Shown: positions 9,657-19,261, numbered from the stretch's first letter. The stretch: DNA of 46,203 bases from a virus (IMGVR_UViG_3300027815_000011:1-46203); one strand, 5' to 3'. Made by a program: numbers and translations. The notes: generated from the sequence alone by a model not told the origin.

Positions 9657-10551
9657 GCTCGGGCGCCGCCTCGACATAGGCGATCACGCCGTCCAGCCGT
9701 TCCGTTGCCGCCTCGTGCGCGTCCTGAATCAAATCGTAGTCCGGGTGTACGGCACCCATCCTGTAGAACCCCACGCGGTCGAAGAGCTTGATGCTCCCGC
9801 AGTGCGCCAGATCCTTGATTTGAACCTTCCACGTCGCGCCCACGGCACGCAGCTCCCTGTTGACCGCCAAGCGCATGCCGTGAAGTTGCGGTAGGTTCTG
9901 AATGGCACGGTACATCGGCAGTAGCGCCTTGTGCTCGGGCTCGATCCTCGGGATCATCGGCCACACGGCAAAGCGTTGCTTGCTGGCGAGGTAGAAAACC
10001 TTTCGCCGCACCCGGTTCAAGTGATAGACGTTGGCAAAACCGAACCGCGCGCACAACTCGGCGTCACCTATCGCTGACATGCCGCGCGCATCCATGCCGA
10101 CCGCCTCGCAGATCGCCGCGTATTCCTTCGAGATTCCGGCCGCCGCGATCTCGTTATACAACAGCCTCGCCGTCTCGGCGGTCGGATGCAGGAACTTGAT
10201 GGTGCCATAGTGCCAGCGCCATGACGGCGGCGTGTAGACTACCACGAGGGCGTTCGCATCCCGCAGGTCGTCGCGCTGCAGAGGGCACTCGCAGAATACG
10301 TGGGCGTCCTGCGTGAGTAGCGGGAACCTCTGCCGGTAACTCACCAGCACGCCGCCGCGCGAGTTCCACAGTTCGATCTGGCCGTCGCTGGCGAAGCCAC
10401 GGGTGGCGATGTAGGGATGCAGCTCGGCAAGCCGCCTGATTCGCAGGCGCAGCGCCGGGTAGTTGTTGTAGACCACGCGCACCAGCACGCGCTTGTAGTG
10501 CTTGGCGAGCAACAGGATCGCCCCCTCCATGTCGGGAGTCTTGAAGATCAT
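9568..10551 (-). CDS. hypothetical protein
   Basis: 327 aa ORF coupled to the upstream transketolase-like gene; no motif recognised. Confidence 0.6.
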   Translation of the reverse strand: MIFKTPDMEGAILLLAKHYKRVLVRVVYNNYPALRLRIRRLAELHPYIATRGFASDGQIELWNSRGGVLVSYRQRFPLLTQDAHVFCECPLQRDDLRDANALVVVYTPPSWRWHYGTIKFLHPTAETARLLYNEIAAAGISKEYAAICEAVGMDARGMSAIGDAELCARFGFANVYHLNRVRRKVFYLASKQRFAVWPMIPRIEPEHKALLPMYRAIQNLPQLHGMRLAVNRELRAVGATWKVQIKDLAHCGSIKLFDRVGFYRMGAVHPDYDLIQDAHEAATERLDGVIAYVEAAPELTAAGLAALRRARPPVTVQSTNALEPLLI

Positions 10552-11081
10552 AGCGTCATCAGCGCCGTTCTCTCGGCAAGCATGGTGCTGCGGCCATCGG
10601 TGCGGGTAAGCGCGTGCCCGTAGGCTGGCACGATGTCCTCGGGGCGGTCAAGCCGGATCACCTGAATGGTCTGGCACATATCCCTGAAGGCGCGCGTGAA
10701 GTCGCCCAGGTGCTGCGACTGCGGGTTCAACGGCTGGTCGGTAGCGATGCCGACGCGGATGATGACCTTCGGCTGGTAGCCGCCGTTACTCATGATGGCG
10801 AGCTTGTCGAGATGGTTCACGATCTGGTTCGCCGCGAGCAGCAGGAAGTTCATTCTTGGATAGATCGTGATCGGCACGAATCCTGCCACGGCAAGCCCGA
10901 TGCTCATGCCCATCTGCGCTTCCTCCATGACCGGCAACTCGATCAGCTTCTCGGGCGGCACAGCGGCGAGCGTGTCAGTCATGCTGGTGCCTTTATACGC
11001 CACCGCCTGCCCGAGGAACAGCGTGCGCGGGTCTTGCCCAAGCAGCGTCATGGCGCGGCAGAGTTCTTCGCGGTAGTTCAA
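10548..11081 (-). CDS. TPP-dependent enzyme, E1-beta/transketolase pyrimidine-binding subunit
   Basis: ELPVMEEAQMGMSIGLAVAGFVPI, QIVNHLDK; TTG start overlapping the upstream TGA. Confidence 0.85.
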   Translation of the reverse strand: MNYREELCRAMTLLGQDPRTLFLGQAVAYKGTSMTDTLAAVPPEKLIELPVMEEAQMGMSIGLAVAGFVPITIYPRMNFLLLAANQIVNHLDKLAIMSNGGYQPKVIIRVGIATDQPLNPQSQHLGDFTRAFRDMCQTIQVIRLDRPEDIVPAYGHALTRTDGRSTMLAERTALMTL

Positions 11082-11674
11082 AATTGGATTCTCCTGCCCG
11101 CTCCGGCGTGCGGGTATTTGGAAGTGTATCCATACCGCGCCACTTCCAGCGCACCGTCGAGCATGGCAGGCAACTGTCGCCCCCACGCCTTCGCGGTCGG
11201 CGTGCACACCGATAGCGCATTATCTTCGATCACGAATCGAAGGTTCAACATGTGATTCGTCGCGTAGTTCGAGCACTCGAAGGCGATGCCGGTGGCAGCG
11301 GTCATGTCGCCAAGAAACACATGCACCTTCGCCGGGTCGCCCGCGCGCTTCATGCCCATTGCGATGCCGACAGCAATCGGGATTATGCCGCCGACGATGG
11401 CCGACGAGATGATGCGGTGAGACGGAAAGCACAGGCTGATGGATCGCCCCATCATGATCTCGTGCTTGAGCTTGTCCGGTGGCACGCCTTTGAGCAGACA
11501 GTGCAGATGACTGCGCCACGAGCAGCACACCCAGTCGCGGGGCGCAACGTCCCTGAATATCTGGATCAACTGGTCCTCATTGCCCTGCGACAGGTGAACA
11601 GGCGAGCGGATGTTGCCCGCGTTGAACTCGGCGGCAATATCTTCCTCGAACGCTATCAGGTCGGCTTTGTTCAT
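11078..11674 (-). CDS. TPP-dependent enzyme, E1-alpha-like subunit
   Basis: PVHLSQGNE, WRSH, SAIVGG, TPP-binding GDM...VIEDN. Confidence 0.85.
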   Translation of the reverse strand: MNKADLIAFEEDIAAEFNAGNIRSPVHLSQGNEDQLIQIFRDVAPRDWVCCSWRSHLHCLLKGVPPDKLKHEIMMGRSISLCFPSHRIISSAIVGGIIPIAVGIAMGMKRAGDPAKVHVFLGDMTAATGIAFECSNYATNHMLNLRFVIEDNALSVCTPTAKAWGRQLPAMLDGALEVARYGYTSKYPHAGAGRRIQF

Positions 11675-12870
11675 AGCGCATTCAACCTTCCACAGACTTC
11701 CGAGATCATCTGCTGGTCGAGGCTCGGGTAGTTGCCAACATACAAGCCGTAGTTGTGCACATGCTCTGCCTGCGGGAAGTCCCGGTAGTGGTCACCAAAG
11801 ATGCGCCGCAGGTAGGGTTGCCGCAACTGGTTGCCGCCGCCCGCGGTGCCGCGCCGGTATTCTACGCCGCACTTGTCGAGTGTGAACAACACGCGATCCA
11901 TCAGCCAGCTATCGTCGGGCTGCAGCACCAGCGGCAGCGCGAAGTTGGAGCTTCCTTCTACCGCGTAGTCGGCTCGGTACTTGGCCGGGTCGAGCAGCGA
12001 CAGGAAGAGCTTGAGATTCTCCGTGCGCTTGGCCACGTTCGCATCCAGCCGCTTCAACTGCGAGCGCCCGATCACCGCGTTGATCTCGGTCGAGCGCATG
12101 TTGAATCCGCAATGCTCGAAAGTGAAGTCGGGCCACGTCAGCGGGTTCTCGTAGCTCTTTCGCGTCGCATCGCTGGCAATCTCGCGCGTCATGCCGTGCG
12201 AGCGCAGGCAGCGGCACGTCTCGAACATCGCCTCGTCGTCCGTGCAGATCATGCCGCCCTCGATGGTGGTCATGTGGTGGCCGTAGTAGAAGCTGAAGTT
12301 GCTGGCGTACCCGCGCGTGCCGAGCTTGCGGCCTTGTTGGTCGTCCACTCCCCCGATGGCCTCGCAGCAGTCCTCAATCACCCACGGTTGAACGAACTTC
12401 CCGTCGCGCTGGTAAGCTGGCATCGGCCCCGTCATAGCATTGAACCCGAGGCAGTGAGTAGGGAATATCGCCATCGTTGCGGGGGCCATCCGGTGCACGG
12501 CGTCCCAATCCATCCCAAGCGTTCGCGGATCAATGTCCACGAATACCGGCGTCAGCCCCGCATGGATCACGCTCATGATGTCGGATGACCAAGTGATGCA
12601 GGGCACGATCACTTCGCCTACGCCGTGCAACTCCCGCAGCGCGTGCATCGTAATCAGGTTCGCGCTCGCCCCGCTGTTCACCATGACGGCATACTTGACG
12701 CCGAGCCAGTCTGCGAACTCGCGCTCGAAGGCGGCGACTTGCGGGCCATTGGTGAGTTGCGGCGGATCGCCATACGGGTTTTCGTCCAGCGGGAACGGAT
12801 AAATAAAGTCCACCACGTCGCGCAGATCGTCGCGCGAGATATTCTGATTCATCAACGGCCAGCGCATCAT
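11671..12870 (-). CDS. PLP-dependent DegT/DnrJ-family enzyme, ColD-like NDP-4-keto-6-deoxysugar 3-dehydratase
   Basis: VNSGASAN, IEDCCEA, FSFYYGHHMTTIEGGM with His in place of the Schiff-base Lys; lacks the Cys-rich Fe-S loop of RfbH/AscC. Confidence 0.8.
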   Translation of the reverse strand: MMRWPLMNQNISRDDLRDVVDFIYPFPLDENPYGDPPQLTNGPQVAAFEREFADWLGVKYAVMVNSGASANLITMHALRELHGVGEVIVPCITWSSDIMSVIHAGLTPVFVDIDPRTLGMDWDAVHRMAPATMAIFPTHCLGFNAMTGPMPAYQRDGKFVQPWVIEDCCEAIGGVDDQQGRKLGTRGYASNFSFYYGHHMTTIEGGMICTDDEAMFETCRCLRSHGMTREIASDATRKSYENPLTWPDFTFEHCGFNMRSTEINAVIGRSQLKRLDANVAKRTENLKLFLSLLDPAKYRADYAVEGSSNFALPLVLQPDDSWLMDRVLFTLDKCGVEYRRGTAGGGNQLRQPYLRRIFGDHYRDFPQAEHVHNYGLYVGNYPSLDQQMISEVCGRLNAL

Positions 12871-14348
12871 TGCTCAAACAGTTTTCGACGTAACGGCACG
12901 TCCACCATGCGGTCTATGTGTTCGACAACCGCGCGCCCGAACTTCCTCTCGATCATCCGCAAATAATCCGGGTTGCGGTAGTAAAGTTGAAAAGCGGTGT
13001 CCCGGAAATTTAGTACCTCCCCCCCTTTTAATGTGTCGGTCGGTAGCGGCGTGCAGTCGTACGAGTGCTGCGAATATCCGCTCCACTTCTCCGGCAGCGC
13101 CAGACCCTTCTCGACCGCCATCGTGTAGAGCTTCGAGCCGGGATACGCCATCGCGGAATAGAAGTTGGCGAACTCGCAATTCGCCTCGACGGCCAGCGCG
13201 TAGGTTTCCTGCATGGATTCGATTGTGTCATCCGGCAGGCCGAAGATGTAGTTGCCGATCACGTTGATGCCTGCGGCCTGAATGCGGCGCACGGTGCCGA
13301 TGATATCCTCGGACTTCAACGCCTTGTCGGAGCCGTCGCGCACATGCTTCGAGCCGGATTCGATGCCGAGCGCGAGCCAGCGAAAGCCAGCGGCACGGAG
13401 TTTGTCCAGATACTCGTCTTTTACCGTATCCACTCGCGCATACGCCCAAATGTTGAGCCAGTCTCCGAGCTTGCGGCTGATGATCTCGTCGCAGACACCC
13501 ATGACGTGCGCAGTATTCAGAATAAACATCTCGTCCACGAACTTGAGATTCGACACGCCGTAGCGACTGGTCAGCAGTTCGATCTCGCGCCCGACCGTGG
13601 CAGGCGACCACATGCGATAACTCGACTTGCCGAACGGTGCGTTGATGCAGCAGAACGTGCAGCGGTAGGGACAACCGAGCGACGTGTGGATGCTCGCGTA
13701 CGGCTGGCGCTGGTCGATATGCTCGAAGCAGTGCCAATTGTGCGCGCGGTACTGATCCATCGGCAGCAGATCCCACGCGCCGCCCGGCATCGCGGCGTCC
13801 AGATCCTTGATCAGATCGCCGCCCTTGTTCTGAAGAATGTGGCCGTTCTCCCGATACCACAGGTTCGCAATCGGGTGCAGCGTCGCCCAGTTCTCCTTGA
13901 GCGCGGTCACCACGCGCCTGATCGTCGGCGGGCCTTCGCTGTCGCACACGTAGTCGATTGCCTCATCCTCCATCGTGCGGCGCGGTAGGGCGGCTGGGTG
14001 AGTGCCGGTCATCATGATCTTGAAGTCGGGGCGGCGCTCCTTTATCGCCCTGCATGTCTCTCCGGCCGCCGTCATGTTCTGAGTCGATGCCGATGGCTGG
14101 AACCCGTAGACGACCATCACGATCAGCACCGGGTCGAACGTTTCGCATACCATGTCGGCAACCTGCTCGGGCGTATAGGCAATCGCCGGCGCGTCGATAA
14201 TCGCCACGCTCATCCCGTGCTGGCGCAGGTAGGTGGCGAACAGCGCGGCGAGCGAGGGCGGTTCGACCGCAGAGAATTCGTCGCCTAGCGCCTGATATTG
14301 GCCGCTGCGGGAGCCGGGGTTAATCAGCAAACAGTCAATTTTCATCAT
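12867..14348 (-). CDS. B12-binding radical SAM enzyme (class B methyltransferase-like)
   Basis: N-terminal PPS..A..A cobalamin domain, GTHPAALP, CPYRCTFC, FVDE, GIESGS, IFGLP. Confidence 0.9.
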   Translation of the reverse strand: MMKIDCLLINPGSRSGQYQALGDEFSAVEPPSLAALFATYLRQHGMSVAIIDAPAIAYTPEQVADMVCETFDPVLIVMVVYGFQPSASTQNMTAAGETCRAIKERRPDFKIMMTGTHPAALPRRTMEDEAIDYVCDSEGPPTIRRVVTALKENWATLHPIANLWYRENGHILQNKGGDLIKDLDAAMPGGAWDLLPMDQYRAHNWHCFEHIDQRQPYASIHTSLGCPYRCTFCCINAPFGKSSYRMWSPATVGREIELLTSRYGVSNLKFVDEMFILNTAHVMGVCDEIISRKLGDWLNIWAYARVDTVKDEYLDKLRAAGFRWLALGIESGSKHVRDGSDKALKSEDIIGTVRRIQAAGINVIGNYIFGLPDDTIESMQETYALAVEANCEFANFYSAMAYPGSKLYTMAVEKGLALPEKWSGYSQHSYDCTPLPTDTLKGGEVLNFRDTAFQLYYRNPDYLRMIERKFGRAVVEHIDRMVDVPLRRKLFEQ

Positions 14349-14451
14349 CTCCCCTTTTTCTTCCGCTACCGAATAATATCGCGCAAAGCAATGGCGCTCC
14401 CAAGCACCAAACCCACACAACAATCACAACAGACCATTCAAAAAAACTCAC
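14335..14451 (-). CDS. small single-pass membrane protein (38 aa)
   Basis: GTG overlapping the upstream TGA; MSFFEWSVVIVVWVWCLGAPLLCAILFGSGRKRGDDEN; fills the operon gap. Confidence 0.45.
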   Translation of the reverse strand: MSFFEWSVVIVVWVWCLGAPLLCAILFGSGRKRGDDEN

Positions 14452-15353
14452 AGTCCAATCCTCCTGAGAATCTTCGACCAAAACACGCGCGGATGATGCT
14501 CGTCAAGCACACGCGCCTGCAACCGCTTGCCCATTTCCTCGCCCCACTCCGGGAGCTGCAATTCGTACACCTTGATGGCTTCGATCAGCTCGTCCATGCT
14601 GGAGTACTCAAGATAGTCTACGCCAGGCGTGAACCACTGGGCAGTAGGCGAGCCCTTCACTTCCAGCAGCACGCCCGCCGCGAGCCCGGTTTCGATCACG
14701 CGCCCCTTCACCTGCATCGCCTGCTCGGTGCCGCTGTACGGGATGTTCAAGCTCATCCGGCAGTTGCCAAGGAACGCGCACATGGCGTCGTAGGTGTCCA
14801 TCTCGCCGGCACGCATCCGCACGCGCAGCAGGTTCCGCAGCATAAGCTCGGTCAGGATCGCGCGCCTGCGCCCGCCTTCGCTGCCCGCGTTCCCGGCCCA
14901 CCCGCAGACATACTCGCGCTTGGAATGCGGCTTGCAGGCGCCGCCGAAGTGATCCGGGTCGATCGGGGTGAGTAGCGTCATCTGCGAGTCGGCAAGCGGC
15001 CACGCCGGGTTACCGTCGATCGCCACCTGCACGGCAAACGCGCCCGCCGTGTGGTATTCGCGCAGCAGCGGCCACCACGGGCTATCCGCGGCGTCAGAGC
15101 ATAGATGCACCATCGGCGCGATCTTCGCGTTGATCCGCGCGAGTGTTGCGACCGCCGGCTGCTTGCCGAAGCAGCCGCCGATGTAGACGATCAGATCAGG
15201 CGCGAACTCTTTTGCTTTCGCGTACACGCTGGCGTCAGTTTCGTCCGGCGTGTCGTAGCGCAACATCGCGCACGGCCCGAGACTCAGGCAGGCGAGGCTT
15301 TCCAGATATTTGCCGGTTTCATTGCTCGACGTGCTGAGAAACAGCGTTTTCAA
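14448..15353 (-). CDS. glycosyltransferase, CgeB/Glyco_trans_1_2-like (GT-B)
   Basis: SLNIP...QVKGRVIE...G.LL, FTPGVDYLEY and C-terminal HH...W; start uncertain (15353 or 15365). Confidence 0.75.
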   Translation of the reverse strand: MKTLFLSTSSNETGKYLESLACLSLGPCAMLRYDTPDETDASVYAKAKEFAPDLIVYIGGCFGKQPAVATLARINAKIAPMVHLCSDAADSPWWPLLREYHTAGAFAVQVAIDGNPAWPLADSQMTLLTPIDPDHFGGACKPHSKREYVCGWAGNAGSEGGRRRAILTELMLRNLLRVRMRAGEMDTYDAMCAFLGNCRMSLNIPYSGTEQAMQVKGRVIETGLAAGVLLEVKGSPTAQWFTPGVDYLEYSSMDELIEAIKVYELQLPEWGEEMGKRLQARVLDEHHPRVFWSKILRRIGL

Positions 15354-15354
15354 A

Positions 15355-15555
15355 TCATCCCCCAAATCGCCCTAGCCACCGCTTGCGTGATCCAGCCGCC
15401 GATTTTTCCTCCAGGCGAACAAGATCGCCCAGTTCGGAAAGTTTGTGGAAGTCTGGCTCGAACGTGATAGACATTCCCTTCAAAAGCATTTTTACGTCAT
15501 CCAGTGTTTTTACCTTATCCCAGTCGATTACGTAATGCTGCGTGTAGTAAACCAT
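15355..15555 (-). CDS. hypothetical protein
   Basis: AGGAGG RBS; MVYYTQHYVIDWDKVKTLDDVK. Confidence 0.6.
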   Translation of the reverse strand: MVYYTQHYVIDWDKVKTLDDVKMLLKGMSITFEPDFHKLSELGDLVRLEEKSAAGSRKRWLGRFGG

Positions 15556-15607
15556 TACGATTCCTCCTGCGTTCGCCCGCCGTGCTGACTGGGGTCGAAG
15601 TTCATGG

Positions 15608-15769
15608 CTACCCTTCCTGCTCCTGGTCTTTGCCCTGTTCAACCTGCTGCTCAATCCACTCTTTGTAGTATCCGTCCTTGCCGTGATCTACATCGCCGTA
15701 GCACATTGAGCAAGTCGTGCTTCCTTGGTTCTCGGGCAACGGGTTCCCGCACATTACGCAGTTACTCAT
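15608..15769 (-). CDS. small zinc-finger-like protein (53 aa)
   Basis: GGAGG RBS; MSNCVMCGNPLPENQGSTTCSMCYGD has two CxxC pairs; not in the ORF track. Confidence 0.6.
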   Translation of the reverse strand: MSNCVMCGNPLPENQGSTTCSMCYGDVDHGKDGYYKEWIEQQVEQGKDQEQEG

Positions 15770-16036
15770 GCTTGCTCCCTCCTGCGGCGAGTGCGGCGTC
15801 GATAGCGGCTTCGGATTTCTCGGCGCATCCTTGCATAGTCTTCATTGTTCAGCGGCAGCTTGCTCTCCGTGGCTGGTGCAGCAGCATACGCAGATGATGA
15901 GCCGGGAACCGCTTCCCGCCCGATAGCTTCGGGAGCCTGCGTAGCTGCTGCGTTCGGTGTGGCTGTGCGGCGGTATACAGTTTCGTAATAAGCGGCATCC
16001 TATTTTTCATTTCGCTTCCTCCATCACAAATTTTGG

Positions 16037-16237
16037 TCATTTCGTTCCCTTCACCGCTCTACGCACCGGGAAGCACGCGAACGTCACATTCTTAATCTTC
16101 GCCTCGAACGATGCCGCCATGCGCTGCGATGCGAGTCGATCAATCGTGCTGTCGATCACGCCATACGCAGCAAGGTTCGCCCAAATCATGCCAGCGATGC
16201 CAGCCACGATCAGCAGGAAGATTGCGCGTGTGGTCAT
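16037..16237 (-). CDS. hypothetical membrane protein
   Basis: ATGA coupling to the ATPase gene; N-terminal hydrophobic helix. Confidence 0.45.
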   Translation of the reverse strand: MTTRAIFLLIVAGIAGMIWANLAAYGVIDSTIDRLASQRMAASFEAKIKNVTFACFPVRRAVKGTK

Positions 16238-17226
16238 GCTGCCTCTGCGATCTTCTTGAATTCCTCGTGCTTGGCTGCGCCGATTGCTTTGCGTTGCGCT
16301 GCCGTCAACGTGGTCTGCCAGTAGGCCGAATACTTTTCGATCCCGCATTCGGCAAACTCGCGCGCCTTGATTAGCAGCGCCTCGTCTGCGGTAACGGTAG
16401 CCGCGACAGCAGGACTCTGCGCGGGAGGACTGCCCGCCCCATTGCTCACGCCACTATCGGGATTCTGCTGTGCGGCTTTCGGTGCGCCGGATGCCCACGC
16501 GGCAAGCATCTGGCCTGACTTTTCGGTGATCGGCTGCTCGAGCGGGAATAGCGCCTTGTGCTGCTCCTGCAACTTGATCGGGTGCGGGATGCCGGGGTGA
16601 TCGGCCATCAGCAGGAATGAGCATGTCGCCTCGAATGGCAGGTTCTTGTCGGCTATCGGTACCCAGCCATCCAGCCCGGTCAATGATTGCTTGGCGCGGA
16701 TAACGGTTTTGCCGCCCTCCTTGACCATCTCGATCTTCATTTCAGCGCGCAGGCACAGGATCAGATGCGCCTTGACCTGCAGCAACTTGTTGACCATTTG
16801 CTTGTGCGCCATCTTCGGGCGTATCCACGAACTCATCTTGACGCGCTCGCGCTTGGCGTGGTCGTCGCCGGCCATGCGATCAAGTTCTTCCTCTTGCCAA
16901 TCGAGCATACCGCCGTCGCCGGCCCATACGTGTGACCCGCTGTCCACCACGATAACCGGATAGCCGGCAGCGTCAGCAGCGAGCACGGCGTCGGTGTAGG
17001 CGTCCGGCCGGAAGGGCGCGCGCAGCTCGGCATGGTCAAACCGGAACTGGTCGGCATAATGCAGTGCGCGCCGGTTCTCGGTGTCGATCACGGCAAACGG
17101 CTTGCCATCGCAGATCCCGGACGCAAGGCGCATCCCGGTGAACGTCTTGCCGCTGCCGGTCCCGCCGATCAGATTGATCCACAGCCCGACGTTCTCACGC
17201 ACGGCCGGCTTAAAGGGGGATGCCAT
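16234..17226 (-). CDS. AAA_24/Sak4-like P-loop ATPase (recombination)
   Basis: Walker A GGTGSGKT, IDTE, Walker B VIVVDSGSH; adjacent to an exonuclease. Confidence 0.85.
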   Translation of the reverse strand: MASPFKPAVRENVGLWINLIGGTGSGKTFTGMRLASGICDGKPFAVIDTENRRALHYADQFRFDHAELRAPFRPDAYTDAVLAADAAGYPVIVVDSGSHVWAGDGGMLDWQEEELDRMAGDDHAKRERVKMSSWIRPKMAHKQMVNKLLQVKAHLILCLRAEMKIEMVKEGGKTVIRAKQSLTGLDGWVPIADKNLPFEATCSFLLMADHPGIPHPIKLQEQHKALFPLEQPITEKSGQMLAAWASGAPKAAQQNPDSGVSNGAGSPPAQSPAVAATVTADEALLIKAREFAECGIEKYSAYWQTTLTAAQRKAIGAAKHEEFKKIAEAA

Positions 17227-18091
17227 CGCTCAACTCCTTTTCGCTGAATTGCTCGGCTTCGACCATATCATGCTCGGCTTTCGCCATGTCCCACGGCGTC
17301 GGCTCGATCCAATGCACGCTGCCATCGTAAGCCGGGAATTTGCCAGCCTTCATGCAAGCGGCCCAGGTGGCGATCGCGCGCTCGACCTTGCGCGCCGATA
17401 TGTCGGCTTGAGCGTTGGACAGCCCGAACAGCTTGCAGGCGTAGGGAGGCTCCTGCTCAATGGCGAGGATCAGGTGCCGGTCGCGCTCGATGCCCCGGGC
17501 GTAGAAGGCCAGCGACACGTCATAGCCCATGTTGATGGCCATGCGCTCAAACGCGCCAGGATTGACGCTGCGCGCCGTGGTCTTGAGGTGCAGGCATACA
17601 TCAGCGTTTAGCCAGTCGGGCCGCGCCTTGCACAGCGTGGCGCCATCCTGCCACACGATTGTCTGCTCCGGTGCCCCGGTTTCGAACACGCCGGCCAGTT
17701 CGCTGGTGGCGAGGAACTCGTGCGCCGCATCGACCATCGCCGTTACCGCCGCCACGTCGTCAGGGAATAGCGGTATCTTGCCAGCCGCCCGGGCAGCGTC
17801 CCGCGCCGCGCGAATAGCCTTGTTCGTCCAGCCGGTCGGGATAGCGCCAGTCTTTTCCGCCGGGTAGTCGTTCGGGTCGATGCGCTCGATAATGCCGGTC
17901 CCGCCTTCGAGCAAAACGTCGTGCGCTACGGTTCCGATGTCGGTGGCCTTGCTGCTGTCGTCCTCGCGCGCCGGGTTCCACGGCGAGTCGATCCAGGCGT
18001 GCAGCGGTGACTGCTGCAGAATGCGCACCGCCATGCCGCTGCTGAACGCCTTGACGGCCAGATACTCGGCCATGCTCATGCGCGCGCTCAT
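17210..18091 (-). CDS. PD-(D/E)XK exonuclease, RecE/exonuclease VIII-like (DUF3799)
   Basis: GTVAHDVLLE, EQTIVW, CKARPD, LKTT, AIEQEPPY. Confidence 0.85.
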   Translation of the reverse strand: MSARMSMAEYLAVKAFSSGMAVRILQQSPLHAWIDSPWNPAREDDSSKATDIGTVAHDVLLEGGTGIIERIDPNDYPAEKTGAIPTGWTNKAIRAARDAARAAGKIPLFPDDVAAVTAMVDAAHEFLATSELAGVFETGAPEQTIVWQDGATLCKARPDWLNADVCLHLKTTARSVNPGAFERMAINMGYDVSLAFYARGIERDRHLILAIEQEPPYACKLFGLSNAQADISARKVERAIATWAACMKAGKFPAYDGSVHWIEPTPWDMAKAEHDMVEAEQFSEKELSDGIPL

Positions 18092-18252
18092 GATGGCACC
18101 TTATCCAGTTCGGCAATCTGTTTGGCGAGGGCTTCAATCCCGCCGCACGTCTTGCCGTAATCGAAAGCTCGACGGATGGCCTCGTTGAGAGTGAGTGATC
18201 CGCCGCTCACAAGCTCGGCTATGTTGCCGAGAGTTTCTTCTGGTTCGCTCAT
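18088..18252 (-). CDS. hypothetical protein (54 aa)
   Basis: ATGA coupling at both ends; MSEPEETLGNIAELVSGGSLTLNEAIRRAFDYG. Confidence 0.55.
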   Translation of the reverse strand: MSEPEETLGNIAELVSGGSLTLNEAIRRAFDYGKTCGGIEALAKQIAELDKVPS

Positions 18253-18455
18253 GCCGCGTCGCTCGCAATCTCGATCTCGACTCCCTGCGTGCCTAGCCGG
18301 ATCGCGTCGTCAATCTGCAACCGCTCGCAGGTAACGGTGTCCTTCACGACGTGCGCAATGGCACGCGCTTCGTTCTTCGCGCGCACCATGCGCTCGACGG
18401 TCACAGTGTCTTTTTCGTCTGACGTTACTCGGGTGGTCAATTTGTAGTCAGGCAC
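18249..18455 (-). CDS. hypothetical protein
   Basis: AAGGAG RBS, GTG start; RMVRAKNEARAIAHV. Confidence 0.7.
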   Translation of the reverse strand: MPDYKLTTRVTSDEKDTVTVERMVRAKNEARAIAHVVKDTVTCERLQIDDAIRLGTQGVEIEIASDAA

Positions 18456-18488
18456 GGTATTCTCCTTGGTGGTGGGTGGGTAAATCGG

Positions 18489-18752
18489 TTACGGCAATTC
18501 TGGTTCCTCGAATGTTCCGGTATCGAAAATGCGCTGGCAGAGTTTCAGGTGGCGTCCGATGAATGATTCTGGTCCGCCTTCTTCGTGCAGGATATGCTTG
18601 CCGCGCTCGTTTTTATCCCAGTCAAAACGCCACACCATCGTTTCTGAGAAACGACCTCCGTGCGGAGCGGAGGAATCGCGGTCAATCGTGCTTACGAAAT
18701 AGCACTCGTCATCATGCCAGACATAGCTCTTGATAAGGCGAACGTTGTCCAT
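18489..18752 (-). CDS. hypothetical protein
   Basis: GGAGG RBS; FVSTIDR...FSETMVW. Confidence 0.7.
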   Translation of the reverse strand: MDNVRLIKSYVWHDDECYFVSTIDRDSSAPHGGRFSETMVWRFDWDKNERGKHILHEEGGPESFIGRHLKLCQRIFDTGTFEEPELP

Positions 18753-18754
18753 GG

Positions 18755-19168
18755 TTATCGTTCCTCCCGCTCGTCGCGCATCAGCTTAGCCGCGTGATCC
18801 GCAACCAGTTCGCTGCCGGTCAGGTGGTCAACCAGCATTTTCTCTACGCGCTTTTCCCAACGGGCGCGCGAGTCAGAAAACGGGCCGATGATGCCGCGAT
18901 CGTTCAGCGAGAGGATGAAATATTCGAGCAGTTCGGAGTAATCTATCCTGTCAGCAAGGCAGTCGTACAGGTCGAGCAGCTTTGGCGCGTTGCTTCCGGT
19001 CGTGATGAACGTTCCCACACGGCGCGGCTGCGGCCATTGGCCGAAGTTCATGATGATCTCCACGACTTCCTCCAGCGCGGGCTCGAGGTAACGCTCCGGG
19101 TCTACCTGGTCCTCATCGCCGTGCAGGTGATCCATTCTGCCAGCGCCTTCGGGTGCTAGTTTTAGCAT
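18755..19168 (-). CDS. hypothetical protein
   Basis: AGGAGG RBS; first gene of the leftward operon. Confidence 0.65.
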   Translation of the reverse strand: MLKLAPEGAGRMDHLHGDEDQVDPERYLEPALEEVVEIIMNFGQWPQPRRVGTFITTGSNAPKLLDLYDCLADRIDYSELLEYFILSLNDRGIIGPFSDSRARWEKRVEKMLVDHLTGSELVADHAAKLMRDEREER

Positions 19169-19187
19169 AAAGCCTCCTATGATTTCC

Positions 19188-19256
19188 AGTATGTTGCGCC
19201 TATTTTATCGAAAGCGCAAGCCCCTATTGCAATATATTTGCAGGCTGGCATAAAAT
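19188..19256. promoter_or_regulatory. divergent control region with a rightward sigma-70-like promoter and inverted repeats
   Basis: TTGCAA(19227)-18 nt-TAAAAT(19251), ending 5 nt before ATG 19262 (leaderless); TTGCGC...GCGCAA and TGCAATATATTTGCA dyads. Confidence 0.55.
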
Positions 19257-19261
19257 GCGGC

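Noticed and set aside
10548-11674. Pyruvate dehydrogenase as an auxiliary metabolic gene
   Set aside because: Both subunits are truncated, E2/E3 are absent, and the context is NDP-sugar enzymes.
17197-17226. MASPFKPA at the start of the AAA ATPase as another leader motif
   Set aside because: It is a non-virion enzyme, and an F-K-x-A start is usual for this ATPase family.
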